From: an uncultured virus (IMG/VR IMGVR_UViG_3300034073_003178)
Lineage: Duplodnaviria; Heunggongvirae; Uroviricota; Caudoviricetes
Virus record (IMG/VR): IMGVR_UViG_3300034073_003178
Coordinates: 1 to 64,000 of that record
DNA length: 64,000 nucleotides
Direction: 5' to 3' (one strand)
The notes beneath the pieces were generated by a model. The model saw nothing but the letters and a program-made list of their open reading frames with translations, did not search any database and was not told where the DNA came from. Shown piece after piece: positions 35,728 to 46,200 of this stretch; the first letter of the stretch is position 1; each line of letters starts with the position of its first letter. The position numbers and the translations under genes are program-made.

Positions 35728-38700
35728 TTAGATCTTATTTTCTAAATTTTCAATTCTTACTTGCTGTTCTTTAATTGCTTCAATTAAAACTCCTACTAAG
35801 TTTCCATAAGAAACTGATCTTAATCCATTTGAATTCACTTGTACAACTTCTGGAATAACCTTTTCCAATTCTTGAGCAACAACACCAATTGAAGGTAAAT
35901 TATTATCTATCCAATTGTATCTAACTCCTCTTAATTGTTTTACAATGTCAATGGAATTTTCAATGGTTTTTATGTTTGTTTTCTGAGTTTCATCTGACAA
36001 TGAATTAAAGATAGTTGCGGATAGAGTGCCAGTTGAAGGATTGAAAAATAGTTTTGAAGATGATACATTTGCTTGAGTTATAACTCCAGAAGTAGCATCA
36101 TCAAAAATTAAATACCTTGATGCAGCAGTAGTAGTATCATCTGAAATTGTAAGACCTCCATTATTGGATCCTTGAACACCCTGATTTGCTATTCCTTGAA
36201 CACCTTGATTTCCTTGAGTACCTATTATTCCTTGAGAACCTTGAGTACCTTGAGAACCTTGAAATCCAAAAGATCCGACTACACCTTGATTTCCTTGAGT
36301 ACCAAAAGTTCCTTGAATACCTTGAGTGCCTTGAGAACCTTGAGAACCATTAGAACCTGATGTTCCGATTGTTCCTTGTGCTCCTGAGGTTCCTTGTGCT
36401 CCTGAGGTTCCTTGTCTTCCTTGAGTACCTTGAATACCTTGAGAACCTACTGCACCTTGAAGGCCTGTAGATCCTACAGATCCAGATAGTCCTTGATTTC
36501 CTTGAGTTCCTTGTGTTTGACCAGCTAATCCTTGAGATCCTTGATTACTCAAACCTTGAGTACCTTGTCTACCTTGAATTCCTATTGTTCCTTGAGAACC
36601 TTGAGTACCTTGACCACCAACTGCACCAAATAGACCTTGGATTCCTTGAGAACCTATTGTTCCTTGAGAACCTTGAGTACCTTGACCACCAACAGCACCA
36701 ACAGCACCAAATAAACCTTGTGTTCCCTGAGTACCTATTGTTCCTTGAACACCTTGAGTACCTTGACCGCCAACGGCACCAAATAAACCTTGAGTGCCTT
36801 GTCTACCTTGAATACCTATTGTTCCTTGAGAACCTTGAGTACCTTGACCACCAACAGCACCAAATAAACCTTGATTTCCTTGAGAACCAATTGTTCCCTG
36901 AACACCTTGAGCACCTTGACCACCAACGGCACCAAATAAACCTTGAGTGCCTTGTCTACCTTGAATACCTATTGTTCCTTGAGAACCTTGAGTACCTTGA
37001 CCGCCAACGGCACCAAATAGACCTTGATTTCCTTGAGTACCTTGATTACCCTGCAATCCTTGAGCACCTTGACCACCAACAGCACCAAATAAACCTTGAG
37101 TGCCTTGTCTACCTTGAGAACCAATTGTTCCTTGAACACCTTGATCTCCTTGACCACCAACTGCGCCAAATAGACCTTGATTTCCTTGAGTACCAATTGT
37201 TCCTTGAACACCTTGATTACTTAGTCCTTGAGAACCTTGATTTCCTAATAGGCCTTGAAGACCTTGATTGCCCTGATTACCTTGAATACCTTGAGCACCT
37301 TGCCCACCAACGGCACCAAATAAACCTTGCGTTCCCTGAGTACCTTGAGCACCTTGATTACTTAAACCTTGCGTTCCCTGAGTACCTTGAGCACCTTGAT
37401 TACTTAAACCTTGTGTTCCCTGAGTACCTTGAGATCCTTGAGTACCTTGTCCACCTACACCACCAAATAATCCTTGAGTACCTTGTAAACCTTGAGATCC
37501 TGATGTACCTTGATTACCTTGAACACCTTGATTACTTAAACCTTGAACACCTTGTCTACCTTGAGTTCCTTGTGTCCCTTGTCCTCCTTGCAATCCTTGT
37601 GTTCCCTGATCTCCCCGACTCCCTTGTAAACCTTGATTACCTTGAACACCTTGATTACCTTGTAATCCTTGAGTTCCTTGTAATCCTTGAGTTCCTTGTA
37701 AACCTTGATTTCCTTGAATACCTTGATTTGATAATCCCTGAACACCTTGAAAACCTTGAGAACCTATTGTCCCTTGAGATCCTGTTGTTCCTTGATTTGA
37801 TAATCCTTGAGTACCTTGAGTACCTTGTGATCCTTGAGTACCTTGAGTACCTTGAACACCTTGATTTGATAATCCTTGAGTACCTTGTCTCCCTTGCAAT
37901 CCTTGAGACCCTTGGGATCCTTGCAGACCTTGAGTACCTTGTAATCCTTGTGTACCCTGAGTTCCTTGTAATCCCTGAACACCTTGATTTGCTAAACCTT
38001 GTGTACCTTGAGTTCCTTGGGGGCCACTAATGTTTCCGACATTAATCCAAGTTCCACCACCACTATAAACCCAAAGTTCATTTAAAGCATCATCTAAAAC
38101 AGCATTTCCAATTTCTGCACTAGGAAATTCTGTATTTAATAATATTTGAGGGTCGTTTGGAGGATCAACATTCGCATCTTCAACATATCCTATAATTACT
38201 GTTGCTTGTCCTGCTGATCCTTGAATTCCTTGTCCAATAATCCCTTGAGTACCTTGAAGCCCTTGAGTACCTTGAACACCTTGATTACTTAAACCTTGTG
38301 TTCCCTGAGTGCCTTGTGTTCCCTGAGTACCTTGAGTACCTTGAGTACCTTGATTTGATAATCCTTGAGTACCTTGATTTCCCTGAAGACCTTGTGTTCC
38401 CTGAACACCTTGATTTGCTAAACCTTGTGTACCTTGAGTTCCTTGAGATCCCTGAACACCTTGATTTGCTAAACCTTGTGTACCTTGTAAACCTTGTGTT
38501 CCTTGTAATCCTTGTGTTCCTTGTAATCCTTGTGTTCCTTGAACACCTTGGAATCCTTGAAGACCTTGAGTTCCTTGAGTTCCTTGAATTCCCTGAGTCG
38601 TAATGTCTAATGAAGGAACCCAAAATCTTTCACCAGTATATCCTTCAGCTGCAATTAAAACATAATGTTCTACAGGAACAGGTTGTCCTGGGGTAAATGG

Positions 38701-38841
38701 ATTATTTCCTATAGAGGAAACTCCAACAAGAGGATCGCCTAAGTCTGGTTCTGCTTGTTCTAACCCAAGATATTCGTATCTATCAGTTGTTATTCCTGAT
38801 TGATCAAATCTTTTAACTCTTCCTGAAATGTACTTTGTCAT
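35728..38841 (-). CDS. Collagen-like tail fibre with C-terminal peptidase S74 chaperone
   Basis: GXQ runs including repeated GLFGAVGGQ; C-terminal SLSDETQKTNI..GVVAQELE..VSYGNLVGVLIEAIKEQQ. Confidence 0.88.
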   Translation of the reverse strand: MTKYISGRVKRFDQSGITTDRYEYLGLEQAEPDLGDPLVGVSSIGNNPFTPGQPVPVEHYVLIAAEGYTGERFWVPSLDITTQGIQGTQGTQGLQGFQGVQGTQGLQGTQGLQGTQGLQGTQGLANQGVQGSQGTQGTQGLANQGVQGTQGLQGNQGTQGLSNQGTQGTQGTQGTQGTQGTQGLSNQGVQGTQGLQGTQGIIGQGIQGSAGQATVIIGYVEDANVDPPNDPQILLNTEFPSAEIGNAVLDDALNELWVYSGGGTWINVGNISGPQGTQGTQGLANQGVQGLQGTQGTQGLQGTQGLQGSQGSQGLQGRQGTQGLSNQGVQGTQGTQGSQGTQGTQGLSNQGTTGSQGTIGSQGFQGVQGLSNQGIQGNQGLQGTQGLQGTQGLQGNQGVQGNQGLQGSRGDQGTQGLQGGQGTQGTQGRQGVQGLSNQGVQGNQGTSGSQGLQGTQGLFGGVGGQGTQGSQGTQGTQGLSNQGAQGTQGTQGLSNQGAQGTQGTQGLFGAVGGQGAQGIQGNQGNQGLQGLLGNQGSQGLSNQGVQGTIGTQGNQGLFGAVGGQGDQGVQGTIGSQGRQGTQGLFGAVGGQGAQGLQGNQGTQGNQGLFGAVGGQGTQGSQGTIGIQGRQGTQGLFGAVGGQGAQGVQGTIGSQGNQGLFGAVGGQGTQGSQGTIGIQGRQGTQGLFGAVGGQGTQGVQGTIGTQGTQGLFGAVGAVGGQGTQGSQGTIGSQGIQGLFGAVGGQGTQGSQGTIGIQGRQGTQGLSNQGSQGLAGQTQGTQGNQGLSGSVGSTGLQGAVGSQGIQGTQGRQGTSGAQGTSGAQGTIGTSGSNGSQGSQGTQGIQGTFGTQGNQGVVGSFGFQGSQGTQGSQGIIGTQGNQGVQGIANQGVQGSNNGGLTISDDTTTAASRYLIFDDATSGVITQANVSSSKLFFNPSTGTLSATIFNSLSDETQKTNIKTIENSIDIVKQLRGVRYNWIDNNLPSIGVVAQELEKVIPEVVQVNSNGLRSVSYGNLVGVLIEAIKEQQVRIENLENKI
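36165..38595 (-). repeat. Coding GXQ collagen-like repeats
   Basis: 9-nt periodicity, interrupted by one globular insert at about 38030-38210. Confidence 0.9.
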
Positions 38842-38843
38842 TT

Positions 38844-39203
38844 TTACTGCTTAGCTGTTTCTAAAACACTCAAAACTAGTTCTAATGTATTATTCTGATT
38901 TGCTTTTATTTTAATTACATCATTTGTTTCCAATGCTAATCTACCATCAGGAATGAGATTTATTCCATCATTTGGAGGAATTGAAATTTCATTTGCAAAT
39001 TTATAATCAGCAGGACTTTCAACTGATCTAGAATGAACTGCAGTTACTTTATAAGAACCTAGTGAAGCACCGGAAGAAACATTTGTAACTTGCGAGAGTA
39101 TCACAATAGATGCTACTCCAATAGGACAGGTATAGATTCCTACCATTTCGGTAGTTATTCCTACTCTTATTGTCCTAAATTTATTTAATGCAATTTTTGC
39201 CAT
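38844..39203 (-). CDS. Small structural protein, paralog of 29435..29764
   Basis: Shared motifs and the same position within the repeated module. Confidence 0.8.
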   Translation of the reverse strand: MAKIALNKFRTIRVGITTEMVGIYTCPIGVASIVILSQVTNVSSGASLGSYKVTAVHSRSVESPADYKFANEISIPPNDGINLIPDGRLALETNDVIKIKANQNNTLELVLSVLETAKQ

Positions 39204-39204
39204 T

Positions 39205-42200
39205 TTACTTACTTATTCCTAGGATTAATGGTGTTACTGTATTTAACAAACTTTGACTAAATGCTCTACCACTAATAGTTCCAGTAATCTGGTTAATAAC
39301 AATATCATCACCAATTTTAAAGTTACCTGCCTGATCAGTACTGGTATAAACAACTTCACCACCATTGAGTTTTACAACCTCATTTTCTGGAATTAATACA
39401 CCACCTAAAGCAGGTTTTGCGGTGTTGATATTATTTCCAGTTCCAACCCATTCAAATGAGTGAGAAGATGTGATTTGTAAACTTAAACGACTAAAGTAAA
39501 CTGTTGTTCCTGCACTTACTGTATTATTTAGATTTTGTTGAAGAACTACTGTAGAGACTCCCGCAGAAGGTAATGTGGCACTTTCAATTGTATAATATGT
39601 TGGATATACTGTAGCCTGAGCAGTTGCTTGAACTGCATTTGGTCCTGGTGGAGGTGGAGCAATTGTAATAGAAGGAGCAGTTCTATACTGACTTCCAGTA
39701 GCAATTACATCAATAGAAACTACCTTTCCATTTACAACATTAGGAGATGCTTCTGCACGAATTCCAAATGCATCAGGAGGAGGTGCATCTATTGTTACCA
39801 ATGGTGGATTTAAATCAGAATATCCTCCTCCTGGATTATCTACTTCAATTGTTTGAACAATATAGAATAATTCTCCAAAATAAAGTGCCTGACCATCATA
39901 AGGACGATAAGAACCTATTCCAGATATAATTACAGTATCTTGTTCAACAGCAGCATTTTGTTCTACTACACCAGTATATCTGTAAATTGATTTTGAAGTA
40001 TTATCACCAACACCATCAGCAACTAATCCAAGTCTTCCGAAAGATGAGTTGGAGTTTGTAATATCACACTGACCACCAGAACCAGTAAAGATTGCAATAT
40101 CATTACAGATGGTAAAAATTGAAACTAACTGGGAGTAAGCACCATTTGTAATAGAAACTCCAATACCACCTTGATTATACTGAGTATAAGAGTCAACACT
40201 CATAGAACCAGTAACACCAATATCAATTTGATCTCCAGGTTCTGCTTCAAATCCATTAACCTTCATTCCAATACTACCTGGAACAAAGTTAGTGCAGTTT
40301 CTTACATAAGGGCCTTGAGTAATTGGTCCAACTCCAGGTGAATAAGGTGGTTTTACATATCCTCCATCAACATAAGTATGAGGAATAGTAGAAGGCCCAA
40401 CTTTTACCACAAAAGTTGTTCCTGCACCTATAACATCAGTGACTCTGAATTTATAACCTTCATTTCCAGTTGGATATATTGTAGTTGTTCCAGCACCACT
40501 TGTGCAACTAAATTCCAGATCTCTCAAAGTAACTACATCACCAACTCTTACATATGCACCTGGAGCAGTAATTGTAGTAATTCCTGATGTGTGATCATAA
40601 ATTGCATTATCAACAGAAACTGAACGATTTACTACATACCCTGTTCCAGATACATATTGGCGAGCAATTGTTGATATTCCAATATTGATAACGATAGAAT
40701 TATCCTCGTTCATTCTATCAACATAATAATCATAACCAAGTTGATCAGTAGTATAGGATTTAATAACCGGAGTATCAAGTAAATAAGTATAAAGCAAATC
40801 TCTTACTTCAATTATATCACCTTTTTTAACATTTAATGGTGATGCTGGTATAATAGTTATTTCTCCAGTTTGTTCATCATAAGGAGCATCAGTAATTTGA
40901 ATCTTTCCAGTAAAACCGATTCCACTGTTTCCAGGATAAGAAGTTGTAATTCCAGATTCAGATCCAAGTCCAACAATCGTGGTAACAACTCCTACACAAG
41001 AACGAATTGCAGAAACTACATTTGAACATCCATTGATTGCATTGTTAAATCCTGTTTCAAAATCAGGTTGCATTCCCAAATCTTTTACTTGATAGAATTC
41101 ATTTTGGAAACTTGTGTACTTTTGTACAGTTCCTCCAGAAACATAAGTGTGAGGTAATGTTGATTGACCTACAACAACTTCAAAACTGTCAGAGTCTATT
41201 ACATCTAAAACATTAAATACATATCCATAAGCACCAGTTGGATAAGTTAAAGTAAGAACTCCTCCATCGGAAGGGCAAGTAAAACCTAATCCAACAATTT
41301 TTACTGCATCATTTTGATTAAGATTATGATTTTCTGCTGTAATTGTTGCAACTCCAGTAACATTATCATAATCAGCAAATATTACATCAGTAGCAACTCC
41401 TACAGGATAACCTCCCCAAGTGCAGTTATTAACTACTGAACGAGCAACATTGAAGGAATAGTCTAAAGTTGCAATAGTTTGCTCAACTTCTCCAGGATTC
41501 TTTAAAATTTGAGGTATTAAATTCCAATCCTCATCATAGTAAATTTCTCCTGCTCTCACACAACGAAAATTACCTCCTCTTGTAATGTCAAAACAGATTG
41601 CTCTCCAAATATCTTTTACATCATCTGCACAGTCTTGACTTTCAAGAGTAACACCAAATTCAATTGAAGGTGCCTGTTCAGTTCCTAATCCAACAATACT
41701 AGTAACAATTCCTGCAAGAGTTTCAATTCTTACAATTGTATCTCCACAACCACCAGGAACTAGAATTGGAGAATAACTACTAATATCTTGAGTTAAAGAA
41801 GTATATTGATCTGGATAAGACTCATTATTAATTACGAAGGTTACAATACCAACTGCATGTTCAATAGCATCTATAGTTGCCTGACGAACACTATAACCAT
41901 TTACATCAGTCCCTGTAATATGCTGAAGTGCTCCGGCATTATCATAGTAAGATAATCCAGCACCAACAGATTTCTTATTACTTCCTGCCTTTAAATCATA
42001 AGAAATTGAACGAAGAATATCTTTAATATCATCCTCACAATCTCCAGGAACAGTAGGTACTACAAATGCTGGAGACTTATAATCTGTAGAAGTGAGAAAT
42101 CCAATAGTTTCTGATGCAATATAATCTAGATTTAAGTCTATAAGTCTTGCAGCATCTTGTTCTCTATGATTTCCTGCAAATCCACTAAATCCACTTGTTA

Positions 42201-43194
42201 AAAATCCAACTGATTCTTTTGCAATATAATCAAGATTCAAACGAATCATTCTTGCACCATCAAAAAATCTATCTACTTGAACACCTTCAAGAGGTTCAAA
42301 TGAAACGATAGCAGATCCATTGGTCATTTCAGGCCCAATGAAACTCATGTCAGTAATATGACATCCATTATTTACATAGAATAAATCTAGATCTGGAAAT
42401 CTTGGAGTTACTACACAATTTCTTAATTCTGTTCCTTCAACAGAAACTGTCTTTTTCAAAACTATGGGGTTTTCTTCTACATAGACACCAGGATATACTT
42501 TAATAGTATCACCAAAGTTTGCTATTTGAGCTGCGGCTTTAATCGTTCTTTTTGAATGATTTTCAGACAATCCTGTATTAGTATCATCACCATTTTGAGT
42601 AACAAATATAGTTTTTCCAGTAGGTTTATATGCATCTACAGTAACTATTCCCTTTCCAGGATCTTGTGATGCATCAATTTGAACACCTATTCCAGGAACA
42701 ATCTGAGTTACAATTCCTGCTAAATTTATACCATCTCCAAAATATTCAAGAGCAGATACACTTCCGCCAAATAAACCTGTAGTAGAAACTTCAAGAGATC
42801 CTTCAACTACAGCATTATTTTGTACAAAAATATCACTTCCAACAGTAACACTATTTCCTACGGAAATATTACTTGCAACTGTAGCATCATTTGCTACAGT
42901 AAGATCATTTCCAATACTAGCAGATCCAGATGCATTTAAATTTCCATCTAGTCCTATACCACCACCAACTACTAAAGATCCAGTAGTTGTTGAAGTTGAT
43001 TGTTGAGTGTTAGAGAAATTTACTAATCCTTCAACATCTAAATCACCTTCAAATATACCATCACCCGCAACATCTAAAGTACTTTGGGGATTAGTGGTTC
43101 CTATACCAACTCTATCCGCAACCCCATCGGCATAAATTAGATTTTCGTCAACTTCAAGACCATTTTTTACGACAAAATTCTTGTTTATACCCAT
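39205..43194 (-). CDS. Large virion structural protein with nested phycobiliprotein-like helical domains
   Basis: MGINKNFVVKNGLEV N-terminus; CEDDIKDILRSISYDLKAG and CADDVKDIWRAICFDITRGG helical repeats; PYVRNCTNF..DSYTQYNQGG; paralog of 29769..32657. Confidence 0.75.
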   Translation of the reverse strand: MGINKNFVVKNGLEVDENLIYADGVADRVGIGTTNPQSTLDVAGDGIFEGDLDVEGLVNFSNTQQSTSTTTGSLVVGGGIGLDGNLNASGSASIGNDLTVANDATVASNISVGNSVTVGSDIFVQNNAVVEGSLEVSTTGLFGGSVSALEYFGDGINLAGIVTQIVPGIGVQIDASQDPGKGIVTVDAYKPTGKTIFVTQNGDDTNTGLSENHSKRTIKAAAQIANFGDTIKVYPGVYVEENPIVLKKTVSVEGTELRNCVVTPRFPDLDLFYVNNGCHITDMSFIGPEMTNGSAIVSFEPLEGVQVDRFFDGARMIRLNLDYIAKESVGFLTSGFSGFAGNHREQDAARLIDLNLDYIASETIGFLTSTDYKSPAFVVPTVPGDCEDDIKDILRSISYDLKAGSNKKSVGAGLSYYDNAGALQHITGTDVNGYSVRQATIDAIEHAVGIVTFVINNESYPDQYTSLTQDISSYSPILVPGGCGDTIVRIETLAGIVTSIVGLGTEQAPSIEFGVTLESQDCADDVKDIWRAICFDITRGGNFRCVRAGEIYYDEDWNLIPQILKNPGEVEQTIATLDYSFNVARSVVNNCTWGGYPVGVATDVIFADYDNVTGVATITAENHNLNQNDAVKIVGLGFTCPSDGGVLTLTYPTGAYGYVFNVLDVIDSDSFEVVVGQSTLPHTYVSGGTVQKYTSFQNEFYQVKDLGMQPDFETGFNNAINGCSNVVSAIRSCVGVVTTIVGLGSESGITTSYPGNSGIGFTGKIQITDAPYDEQTGEITIIPASPLNVKKGDIIEVRDLLYTYLLDTPVIKSYTTDQLGYDYYVDRMNEDNSIVINIGISTIARQYVSGTGYVVNRSVSVDNAIYDHTSGITTITAPGAYVRVGDVVTLRDLEFSCTSGAGTTTIYPTGNEGYKFRVTDVIGAGTTFVVKVGPSTIPHTYVDGGYVKPPYSPGVGPITQGPYVRNCTNFVPGSIGMKVNGFEAEPGDQIDIGVTGSMSVDSYTQYNQGGIGVSITNGAYSQLVSIFTICNDIAIFTGSGGQCDITNSNSSFGRLGLVADGVGDNTSKSIYRYTGVVEQNAAVEQDTVIISGIGSYRPYDGQALYFGELFYIVQTIEVDNPGGGYSDLNPPLVTIDAPPPDAFGIRAEASPNVVNGKVVSIDVIATGSQYRTAPSITIAPPPPGPNAVQATAQATVYPTYYTIESATLPSAGVSTVVLQQNLNNTVSAGTTVYFSRLSLQITSSHSFEWVGTGNNINTAKPALGGVLIPENEVVKLNGGEVVYTSTDQAGNFKIGDDIVINQITGTISGRAFSQSLLNTVTPLILGISK

Positions 43195-43225
43195 TTTACT
43201 TAAGGTTCACTATCCCCTTTTTTAT

Positions 43226-43232
43226 TATTTAG
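43226..43232 (-). promoter_or_regulatory. T4-like late promoter motif
   Basis: CTAAATA about 30 nt upstream of the ATG at 43194. Similar (A/C)TAAATA motifs occur at 21941, 24182, 32709, 32942, 35025, 35719, 49799 and 50408. Confidence 0.6.
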
Positions 43233-43253
43233 ATGATTTTTATTTTTATATGA

Positions 43254-46200
43254 TTAACCACAATATAAAACTGCAGTGACTAAGAATGATCCATCATCAT
43301 ATACTCTTTGCGGAATAGTGCTAGTAACTTTACCAACTGTTTTTGATCTAATAATATCATCATCTTGAACTCTTCCACAACCATTACCATCAGATTCAAT
43401 AAGATCGCCAATTTCTAAAGTTTGTCCAGATGCAATACGAATAAAATAGTTACCAATAGCAGCACAATTCATATCATTCCAAGTATTAACCATTTTTTCA
43501 GGAATGTCATTATCATCCCATCCCAGAAATACACCAAAGACCTTCTTAGATGCTGGAGTGTCACTAATTTTTACACAAACATGTTTATTTAAATCATAAG
43601 GAATTTCTTCTTCATTTTTAATAATTGCATCATAAATATTTCCTTCATATCCAATTTGTATAGTATCTCCTGCTTTTAATGACCCCTCATATGCCGAGAT
43701 TTTTTCTTCTCCATTTACATTAAATACTGCAACTTTCCATTCAATCAACTTATTTACCGTTTCTAAAATAGTTCCCGGCAAAACATCAGGTTTACTTCCA
43801 TCTTCAAAACGACCCCAGTGAGTACCTAAGAAAGTTCCATAAGATATAGTTCCTCCTGCATTACTAATAGTACCCTCATTATTCCCATTTCTAAACCACC
43901 AAATTAAAGCTCCATTATTACTTCTACCAATACGAACTGGAACCTCATCAATTCGGTTAATAGAAAATACCCCATCTCCTAATCTTGATGCGTTGGTATT
44001 ACCTGCATTTGCAGCTGGATCACCAACATCTGTCCCTACAAATAAATCATTGACAGTTAGAATTCCATTGATACTCTGATCTCCTACTGTATAAACTCCA
44101 TTAGTAACAGAACCAGCATTACCAGTAATACTACCAGAAATTGTGCTAGTGAAAGTTTTAACTCCACCAATAGTTTGGGGTCCAGAATCTCTTACAACAG
44201 TTGAATCTACTTGAATAGAATCAGCATTAACAGTAATACCACTACCCTGACCAATATTCAAAGTTACATCTTGACCATTTAAAATTCCCCCACCAGTTAA
44301 TCCATTACCAGCAATTACTGATCTATTAAGATTAGTGGAAGTAGTTGATGTAGATGCATTTATTGCATTAGTTATTGTACCTTGAATTGTATTAGTAAAA
44401 GTTTTAATTCCACTAATACTTTGATTATCAGATCTTGTGACAACTACATCAGTATTAATACCAACAGTAGTACCACTCACAGTAATACCACTACCTTGAC
44501 CAACACTTAAAGTTACATTTTGATTATTTAAAATTCCTCCACCAGTTAATCCAACACCAGCGATTACTGATCTAGTAAGATTAATTGCAGTAGTTGCAGT
44601 AGTTGCATTTCCATTAACATCACCATTTAGTACACCTATAATTCCATTAGAAACTGTAAGTTGTCCAGATCCGCTCAAGGACATTAATTCAACTTGTCCT
44701 CCATACCATTTAAAGGAGAATCCACTTTCATTTTTTGGAATAGAATTCCATAGAATATTACTACCAATACCAACAGCATAATCAACATTATTAGTATCTA
44801 AAGAATCATAATATACTATTCTGGTTCCGTTACTTCTAGTAGTAAATGTTGGAGCATTTGTTCCTAAAGTGCTGGTTCCAAAATTAATAATATCAATTGG
44901 ATTTCGGAGAACAATAGTTCCAAATCCAACTGTTGGATCTATTTCAATATCAACATCAATACCAAATCCGTTAGGATCTCCAACAAATTTTAGTTTGTCT
45001 ACAACTCCTTCAAGAATGTTTGATCCATTTTCTACACCTGAATAAATTGATATTTGAGTTCCTAAATCTCCAACATATCCCCAAGTTTTCCAACGATCAT
45101 TTGTCGTATAAACCCAACCAATATTTTCGCCTTCATTTGGAGAAGCACGATAAATTATATCACCATAATTTCCTGAAATAGATGGTTCTTCATTAGAAAT
45201 AGAATATCTTCTAGAAATTTCTTGATCACCCTGTAAGAATATAGAAGGTACTTCAATTCCTTCAGGAGAATAAGAAGTTAATTTTTCATTCAGAACAATT
45301 GGGCCATTAAATTCTGATACCACATTGTTATTTTTTCCACCACCAACTCTAATAGATCTATCAATTACAACATCATTTGTTTTTACAATTTCATTTGTAG
45401 AACTTTCATCCCCGGCAAAAGTTTGAATTGGAGTATCAAAAACTTCTTCTTTTCCAGTTGCAGAAGTAGTTTTCTTATTTCCAGCATAAAAATCTCCAGA
45501 ATCATCTGTTCCAGAATAGTAAACAACACCACCATTATATTTTAAAGATTGTGATAATATTTTTTCAGTATCAGATAATTTTCTATCTTGTCTTTCGGGG
45601 AATGCAGTTGAATAATTACCAGGGCCAAATCCGACATATTCAAAGGTGTGCCCAGAAGCACGAATAATTGTATTTCTTCTAAATTCAATTGGAATAGGTT
45701 TAATTCTTTGAATTACAGATCCAGATGAGTGACTTGATCTAACAGTTCCAAATTGTGCTCTATAAACAGAAACATTACTATTGACAACTGGAGATTTTAC
45801 TCTTAATACTTCTTGATTAATCTTGAGGTAATCCCCTATTTTTAGTCCAGTATTTTGAGCATTTGTAATTGAAATTATATCAGAACTAGATGATACTAAA
45901 CTATTGTTTGTTAAAATAAGTTTATCATAGATATATCTACCTCTATCATTACCTCTTTGAGAAGTATTATAACCATATGGATGTACAATTCTAGTTCCAG
46001 TTGTTGCTGGAGTTGTAGTTGAAGTTCCAATTCCTACAATTTCAAATGATGTTGATGAGAGAATTTTACTGACTGATACATCTTTATTATAAAAAGATTG
46101 TGTAAATCCATCAAGTCTAATTTTTTGATTTAGATTTAAATCATGAGAAGATAAAGTCGTAACAGTTGCAATTCCAACTATTCTATCATAAGTAAAATTA

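Noticed and set aside
20275..38595. Possible CRISPR array or non-coding satellite
   Set aside because: The repeats are in-frame 9/15-nt coding units with no unique spacers, and there are no cas genes.
20433..38603. Long plus-strand ORFs rich in LEYL/LENL (20433..21665, 22727..24073, 26293..27312, 36513..38030 and others)
   Set aside because: They are antisense shadows of the GXQ codon repeats. They lie inside minus-strand genes and have no independent signals.
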